This document shows, piece by piece, positions 15,540-24,500 of a stretch of DNA of 27,506 bases. The notes under the pieces were generated by a model. That model searched no databases, had not been told where the DNA came from, and saw nothing but the letters and a program-made list of their open reading frames with translations. The position numbers and the translations under genes were made by a program. This DNA is from a virus (lineage: Duplodnaviria; Caudoviricetes): the IMG/VR virus record IMGVR_UViG_3300033076_000600, positions 1-27,506 of that record; one strand, written 5' to 3'. Each line of letters opens with the position of its first letter. The first letter of the stretch is position 1.

Positions 15540-18500
15540 ATGGCGAATCCTTGGGAAATGAACTGGGGCTGGGACGACGACACGAGCCCGGCGCAGCAGC
15601 CAGTCGCGCAGCCGGTCAAGCCGCGCACGCATGGCCAGACGGCTCCCTGGGAGATGAACTGGGACTGGGGCCGCGCGTCTGCCGCGGCCGGTGCCCAAAA
15701 CCCGGACACCATCAAGCCGAACGTGACCATCGGCAACCTGAACCAGGCCGACTACCTGCGCCAGGACGAGTGGCAGTCGCCGGAGCTCCTGCACGAGGAT
15801 GCCGCGACCCAGGACTTCAAGCGGCCTGAAGGCGAGCTCTTCCACGCGCGATCCTTCGTGCCCGGTGCAATGCCGTACCAGGCTCCGACGGCCACCGAAG
15901 ACCCGACCTGGTGGGATGCGACCGCCGGTGCTGGGGCAAAGGGTTTCGGCGATCTTGGGCTGAGCGCCGCGACAGTTTTTGGTGATGACCCGCGCAACGT
16001 GCGCCAGCTCCCGCTGAACAAGCTCGACAACCCGATGTCGCTCGACAACGATTCCTGGTCGATGCTGACGAAGAAGGCGGCGGACCGCGCCATTCGCATG
16101 TTCCCGATGGCCCTGGGCATGATCGCAGGCACGGAGCTCGGCGCTGGCCCGACGCTGGCTGCCAGCTCGGTGCTGACCGGCGGCGCGGCTGGGTCCGCGC
16201 TGGGAGCCTTCGCGCAATCCCTGGGCCCACGATTCAAGACGGCCCTGCTCAAGTACCCTGACGATCCGGAGCGCGCCTGGCAGGAAGCTGGCAACGCGAC
16301 GCTGATCGACGGCGGCTTCGCGGCCCTGGGCGGACTGGCAATGGGCAACAACCCGTTCGCCACCGAGTTTCGGAATGCGATGTTCCAGATGTTCGTGCAG
16401 CAGCCTGCTGTCGGCGTGGGCAATATGTACTTCAGCGAGCTGTACACGGGGGACCACACGGATCAGCCCTGGTATGACCGATACCTGGAAAACGTGGCCC
16501 CAGGCATCGTCCAGACGGGCGCACACGAGGCTGGCAAGATGGCGGGGCGGATCGCCGCTCGCCCTGGTTCCGAGCTTCCTGGGGCTCCTGGTGGCCCTAC
16601 AGACTTCACGGGCGGCGACGACCACTTCATGAACGATGTCCCGGAGGCCATGCCTTCGGAGCGTGCCGCGGCTGGCACCAGGGGCAAGCCTGCCACCGCG
16701 TTCTCGCACCTGGACCGCTACGACCCAAACTACGAGCCGCGCAATCCGCGCCGGTCAGATGGCGACAACGTCACGCCGCTGCGCCACCAGGTGGATGACG
16801 AGCCCATCGACACCACCCTGCGCGACATCAACGAGCAGCTCCCGCTCAAGTCGCGCGAGGTCTTCAACAACCTGAAGCTCACGCGCGCACCGATGGCGGA
16901 CTGGCACAGCGTGCTGCTGAACAAGGGCGTGAAGCCGGAAGAGCTCAAGGACCTGGGGCTGACCAAGGAATCCGAGCGCGATCCGAAGAAGATGTGGACG
17001 CGCGATGAGATCGACGCGCTGATGAAGCGCAACACGCCGGTCTTCAAGGAGCACCTGTACTCGGCGAAGAAGCACGACGACAAGCGCTACACCCTGACAC
17101 AACCGAAGCGCTTCGACGACTCGTGGTCCTGGGTAGACAACAGGACAAATGAAGCAGTCGGATCGTTCGACACGCCCGAAGAAGCCATGCGCGCCATGCC
17201 GGAGGATGCGGTCGCGGTGTTTGATCACACCGGAGAGGAGCACGAAGGGCCGCTCTCGAACGTCGGCTATTCCAAGTGGGACCAGTACGGCGGCGGCGAG
17301 CTCGTCTCCCCTGGCGTGAAGAACTACGAGGAGCGCGTCGTCCAGCAAAACAAGGAGCGGCCGTACCTGAAGGGGCTCAACGAATACATCCGCGAGCGCT
17401 TCGGCGAAGACAAGTACAACGACATCTGGCAGCGAATGACGTGGGAGGAGCGCGACGCTGTCAACAAGGAGTACGAGCGCGACGTCGTCGGGCCGTGGCA
17501 GCAGGCTGTCCGTGAGCACCAGGCCAGCCGGTGGAATATCGGTGACACGCCTGGCGACCACTTCGGCATTCACAATTCCATCTACCACAACCGCTATGGC
17601 ACGATGGAGTTCGACGACGGCGTTATCGCGCACCACGATGACGAGACGCAGTCCGACACGATCCAGAAGGGCAGGACGAACGGCTTCCGCGACGAGTCAC
17701 CGGATGTGATCCGGAACCGCGCCGACGTCTACCGCACGCAGTACGCGCAGAAGCAGGCCGAGTGGCGTGGCACGCTGGACAACTGGGCAGGGCTTCGCGA
17801 CAAGCTCACCGGCCACAACGGGGCGGCTCCGCTCCGGGTGTACGCCTCCGACCTGAAGACGCTGATGGAGCTGCCGCCGGATACGGCTGAGCGGCTGGGC
17901 TACACGCCATTCGACGTGGAGCGCGCTCGCCGGGACTACGACAAGGTCATCCGCCTGCAGAACGAGGCGGCCCACATGGATGTCCTGGCCGGTAACATTG
18001 CCGACGAAGCGAGCCGCATCCCCATCGTCCCCCACGTTGATTCGTGGGGCAAGCTCTCCATGAAGCGCATGATCCAGGTCGCGCTGTCGAAGGGCTTGCG
18101 CCACATTTCCTGGACGACCGGCGAGCAACAGGCGCAGCGCTACGGCCTGGAGAAGAAGATCAAGTCGATCTCGTTCCGACCGGCCGACCGGTCCAATCCT
18201 GGTGGCGACAAGGTCACCTGGGCCGCGATGAAGCATGACGGCAATTATGCCATTCAGGACAAGACATCGGACTTCAAGGACCTTGCCGATCACATCGGCA
18301 GTGAGCTCGCCAGGAAGATATTCGACCGGGTCAAGGAGTGGGACACCGGGGCCCACCAGCACACCTGGCTTCAGCTCAACACCGACGACCTGAAGCTCGG
18401 CGGCGAGTTCCACAAGAAGCTCTACGACAAGAAGAAGGTCGAGTGGGCCAGGGAACTGGGGCGGCCGTTCGGGTTCAAGCCGGAGCTGAAAAGCACGTCA

Positions 18501-21500
18501 TACGAGGACACGTCGGTCCCTATTGGGTTTCGTCCGTTCAAACTCGGCGATGCCACCTGGAACCGCGTGGCTGACGCCCTCCGCAGTGATCTGAGGCAGA
18601 CCAACGTGTCTCGCCCCTGGGGCACCACCGAGGTCATGCTGCGGACCCTCCAAAAGATGGAGGAGATTGAGCAGCGCGGAGCAAACGGTGGTGACGGATC
18701 GTCATCCGATCTCATGGACTACTTGAACCACGAGTTCGTCACCAACGACCGGGAGAAGCTCTTCAATACCCTGCGAAAGAGCGCCCCGTCGGCAGTTGGG
18801 CGATCCTACAAAATGGCCATAGCTCATGAGCCTGGTAGTGATGCGCGCCGCCAGCTCCTGGCGGCTGTGATGCAGCTCAAGGACAAGCTGGCCGCAGGCC
18901 AGCCTACCGGCCTGCTTCGCTCATGGTTCAACCGCAACGACCTGAACAACCCCGGCCTGATCGACGAGCTGATCCACACAGCTCAGTCGCCGAACCGCAA
19001 CCTCGCAACGTACTTCGAAGGATTGCGGACGTCGCGCCTGGATTCCACTGACGACGCCAACATCCTCATGCGCGCCATCGAAAGGGAGCAGAAGGACATT
19101 TTCGGCTCCAGCACCAAGCCGCTGTTCGAGCTGAAAGACGTGTCGAACCGGGACCGCCAGATGTGGCGCATGGAAATCACCCCGAAGATGGGCAAGCAGT
19201 TCCGCTACCAGATCGCGGCGGACGAGGAGAAGGCGGCTCCTGGAACCTTGGCCGTGGTGCACAACATCAGCGCCCAGGCGCTGCGCCACGCGGCTGATGT
19301 TGGCGGGCTCCCGGCTCCATCCATCGGCATCGTCAAGGCGGCGCACGGGCTGCAGGGCTACGGTGAGATTTCGCTCCTGGGTCACGCCAGCCTGATCGAT
19401 CCGGAGCGTGGCACCAAGGTGTATCGCAACGACGCCTACTCGTCGCGCTACCCGGTTGTCCGCATGCGCGTCGACCCGGAGAAGATCGGGGAGATCGAAC
19501 GGGTCCTTGGACCCGAAGCCAAGCGCTTGCGCCTGCCGCCGAAGCTCACATCGGGCGAGAAGGCGTTCAAAGACGGGCTCTACTCGCTCAACAAGAACAA
19601 GCCGCTCATCGCCATGTTCGCGCGCGAGCACGGCATGTTGCGTCCCGGCGAAGAGCTGGGGTCCGAGCCGCGGTTCAATGGCCGCTTCGATTCGTTGCGC
19701 CAGGAGATGATCAAGCGGAAGGAGTTCGTTCCCTGGCTCAAGGAGAAGTTCCGGGACGCCATCGCTGGCGAGGAGTTTACCGACAAGACCACTGGCGAAA
19801 CCGTCGCCCACACGCTGGCAAACGTGCTGCGCTACATGACGGGCAAGGGGGATGTGCGGGCGTCGACCCCTGGGCACGGTCCTGGCCATGCGCTCTCGTC
19901 CATGACGGAGCCGTTCCTGACCAGGGGGGAGATCAAGTCGGAAGAGGGCCGCCTGGTCCACAACGATGAATACCTTGCCACGCATCGCCCCAGGCTGGAG
20001 GCCCAGTACGAAAGCCTGATGGACGTCCTGCAAAAGTACCGTCCAGGCGACGCGGCATCCGGCAAGCAGAAGAGCAAGATCAGCCCGGCCCGCGACTGGG
20101 CGCACAAGCAGATCATCGAGGCCGCGCGCAGCGGTGACCCTGCGGCCTATGTGGCGAGGCACATCTCCAACGACCAGCGGCTTGGCGAGGTCATGGCCGC
20201 CTTTGTCGACAGCGCGAAGAACACGAAGACGCGGTACTTCGAAGCGAAGATGGACCGCACGGTCAGGCTGCCGGAGTTCAAGGCGGCCGTGATCCCGTCA
20301 AACATCGCGGAGTCGGATCGCCAGCTCCTGGCGGACAACGGCATCCACGAGCAGGTGGTCTACAAGTATTCAGAAGACCCGATGGAGAACGAGTACAACC
20401 GGCAACGGGCCATCGAGAGCCTGCAGCACCTGTTGTTCCAGCGCGAGGCTGGCGGCGAGCTCTCCGGTCGCATGGACGACCTGCGGAAGGTGTCGCTGAC
20501 GAAAGAGCAGGCCGCCAAGCACGCGCCGGTCATGAAGTCGATCATGGAGGAAATCAAGCGCATCGCGCCGGGTGCCAAGGTGGCCTTCGTCGAGCAGCTC
20601 ATGTCGCGCAACGCCGATGGCAGTGTCACGCCGATCCGCGGCACCTCGTTCGGTGACATGGTCGTCGTGGCGCTCCGCAACAAGAACGCCGAGGGCACCG
20701 GCAGGCACGAGGGTGGCCACGTCATCGTTGACGGCTTCAAGGAGATGGGAATCTTCAAGCCGCACGAGTGGCAGGCGCTGAAGGACTTTGCCGAGGAGAA
20801 GCTCTACGGCAAGCATAAGGATTTCCTGCGGCATTACGAAGGCATGGGCGACGACGTCAAGCTCTCCGAGGCCATCGTGCAGGAGCTGGGCGAGGGGCGG
20901 CCGACAAAGTTCAAGGGCTACCCGCCGATCATCCGCAAGATGCTCTACCGCATGGACGGCATCCTGAAGGCGATCCGTGTTGGCGTGCATCGCGTCCTGG
21001 GCAAGAAGGTCCGCGGCGAGGACGTGCTCGACATGCTCGACGCCGGTCACATCGGCGCGCGCGTTCATCGCCTGAAGAAGCTGGGCGAGAACGCGACCAG
21101 GGACTACAGCCTGGCCACGGACAAGGGCGGCAAGGTCCACTACCAGATCAGCGATGAGACGAAGGTCGACAACATCTTCGAAAGCGCTCTCGACATCGCC
21201 CTGGAGAACACGAAACTCACCAGGGGCCACGGGGCCCAGTGGCGGGCGGAGCTCATCAAGCAAGGCGTGAAGCCGGAAGAGCTGCGCGACACCGGCCTCG
21301 ACGATCTGTTCACGTCGCACAAGGACCAGCCGCTCACCAAGGACCACATCATCAACCGGCGCGAAGACAACCGGACGGAGCTGCACGTCATCATCAGGGA
21401 CGATGGCGGGCACCCGCTGGCGCGCGCAGGAACGAACCCTGACGAGCAGGCGCAGCTCGCCCAAAGGACGGCGGCCCCTGACGACCCGCTGGCGGGTGTT

Positions 21501-24500
21501 GACATGTGGGACGACATGGATGAGCTGCGCGAGTACATCGAGGACAACGATCTCCGCGACGAGATCGATGCCAGACTGGAAGACTACGACGACCCTGACA
21601 ACCCGCGTGAGCGCTACGAAGCCAGGGAGTGGGACCAGCCCACGTACCGGGTCGTGGAGCGCAATGGCCGTGGCGAGAGCCTCGACTGGCATGGCACGCA
21701 CAACGACCACTATGACGCCGAGTGGGAGATCGAGAACTCCGGCTACTACAAGACCAAGGCCTTCTTCCACACTGCGCCGCGGCAAGTCGGCGGCCTGCTG
21801 ACGCGCCTGATGGGCAAGGAGCCGGTCTGGGTAGTCGACATCCACCAGCACGCGACCGACCGGAAGAACAGACCCGTCGACATCTGGGGGGACAGGATTG
21901 ATCCTGATCTCGACAACGAGAAGGATCACACGGGCTACGAGCTCTCAGACCCTGAGAACGAGGAGCACGACGGGCAATTCCACAATCACCAGCCTGTCGA
22001 CGAGGTGTCCGCCTCGACGCCGGAGGAGGCGATCAAAAAGGCCAACGAGTTCATCCGCGAGGAGTCGCGCGTCTTTGAGGTCGAAGAGGAAGAGCCAGAT
22101 GGCTACCGCATCTGGGACCACAAGCACGACGATTGGCACGTAGACGGCGAGCACTTCGACACCAAGCGCTCCGCCGAGCGCTCCGCCGAGCGCGAAAATG
22201 AACACTGGTATGAGGAGTGGTCTGAGGAGGCCGATGATCAAGTCCGACAGGACATCGAACAGGATCACGACTGGTGGGTAGAGCGAGCGGTCGAGCACTT
22301 GCAGAACGAGGGCTCGGAGCGGGACTCTGATGAGCTTGCAGACCTTGTTCGCGAGCACTGGTACGGCACTGGCCGCGACCGCAGCCGTCCCCGCAACCGC
22401 GACTATCGCAGCAACGACGTCAAGTACGGCACCTACAACCTGAAGGGCGGCACCTACAAGCGCGAGTACCTGCTGACGATCCCAACGCTTTCTCCGAAGC
22501 TGCAGCTTGCGGCTCCTGGCTCGACGGCGCTGACGGTGATTCCTCCTGGGCCGAACTTGCCAGACGCGCGACCGCGAGACTTGCGCGTCAGGCAATACCG
22601 GAATGTGAGCGTCCCGACGCATTTCACCGAGCAGGCCGGTCGCAACATCATGATGCACTTCCGCGCGCAGGACTTCATGGTCGAAGACGGCGGCAAGGCG
22701 ATTGTCCTGGAGGAAGATCAGTCCGATCCGCACCAGGCGGCACGCCAGGCGGCAAAGGCCATCACGCAAATCCTGGGGCTGAAGGATGCCACTGGTTACG
22801 GCGTGACGGAGCGCGAAGCGGTCAAGTCGAACTCGGCCAACTGGTATAACCAGGCGCAATCCCTTGGCGAAAACAGCAGGGCCATCGGCAGGCTGATGAG
22901 GGAGTACGTCATCAACAACAAGGCGCTGGAGAAGGCCTATGCGGACGACCTGCGCCCCGGCGACAGCGACTACTGGGCCAACTACGGCGAGCACGCCAAC
23001 TGGGATGAGGTTGGTCACGCGTCCGAGTACCTCAGCAACCCGGCAGACGCGCCCCGCTATTTGCTTGGTGCGATTGAGTATTTGAAGGAGAGGCTCAAGA
23101 CCATCCCGGCGCAAGGCCTGGTGCCCAACGCGAAGAATGCCCTGGTCGAAGCGATGGTCATCGCGCGCGCCAAGGCCAGGATTTCGAGGCGGGTGAATAA
23201 ATTGCACCTGGATGCCGCAAGGCTTCGCGACGCCAACGTCCAGGTCGACAGCCTGCCCCACAAGGATTCCTGGCCCATGCTGGGGCTCAAGTACATCCTG
23301 CATGAGGCGATCATGAACGGCTACGACTACGTCGGTATGCCGACGGGCGCGCAGCAGGTGGATCGTTACCCAGGGGCCCTGCGGACCGCGATCAAGAAGC
23401 TCGTCTGGAAGGAGCGCCGCGATGGCAAGTTCGATCTCGACATCGACATGCAGTCAGCGGACCGGCAGCACCGGCAGCGCCACGTCCTGGAGGGTCTGAC
23501 GGAGCACGACATCAAGAACAACCTTGGGGCGGCAGGTGCGGAGCAGATCGTCAAGCAGCGCTTCGGCCGCAACAACGATTTTGTCCCGACCAGCCAGCAC
23601 GTCGCCGAGGGCGAGATCGGCCCCAACAAGCTGCACATCAACAACCAGGGCATGATGAATTTCTACGACAAGACCGTGCAGAAGGATTCGAAAGCCTTCC
23701 TGGCGAAGATGGGTCTGTCGTGGGGGCGCATCAGGGTCTTGCAGAAGGACCAGACACCATTCGCGGTGATGGGAAAGTCCCGCCATAATGACGGCGAGCA
23801 CTGGGAGTGGGTTGAGGACTTCCACACGAAGGAAGAGGCCGAGGCCTATGCGGAGCACAAGCGCATCGAGGCTCGCGATGCAGCGGCACGCGGCGAGGAG
23901 CCGTACTGGAAGGAGGTCAAGGTCGACATCAACCCGGACTCCTTCCACGAAATCCACGGCATCAAGATCACGCCGGAGGCCCGCCAGAACTACCAGACGG
24001 AGATTACCGACAAGACCGGCAAGGTGGTGAAGCCCGCCAACAAGATGCTGCGCTACCAGATCGCCGACGGCGAAACCAACTACGCTGACCGCGTGGCCAG
24101 GGCGACGACCGACACGCCGGAGTTCAAGCGCTTCTTCGAAGGCAGCGTGGTCAAGACACCGAGTGGCCAGCCGCTGAAGCTGTTCCGCGGCCAGCGTCGC
24201 AATCCCAGGGAGGACGGCTTCACGCTGTCCAGCGGGCGGGCGACGCCGTCGTTCACGCCAGACCCAGACGTCGCGTCGGTCTACTCCAGGCAGTTGGACA
24301 CGAGGGAGTATGGCGCTGGCTCGAACGTGGTCCCGACCTACCTGTCGATCAAGAACCCGCTGGACCTGCGCGCGCTTGGCGAGCATCCGTCCCTGGGAGA
24401 GGTGGTCGAGCTTCTGCCCTATGACTGGCGCGAGCCCTCGGCCCTGGACCAGTTCAAGGTGGGCTACGCCGACCTGGCGGAGGCGCTGCGTGACATGGAC

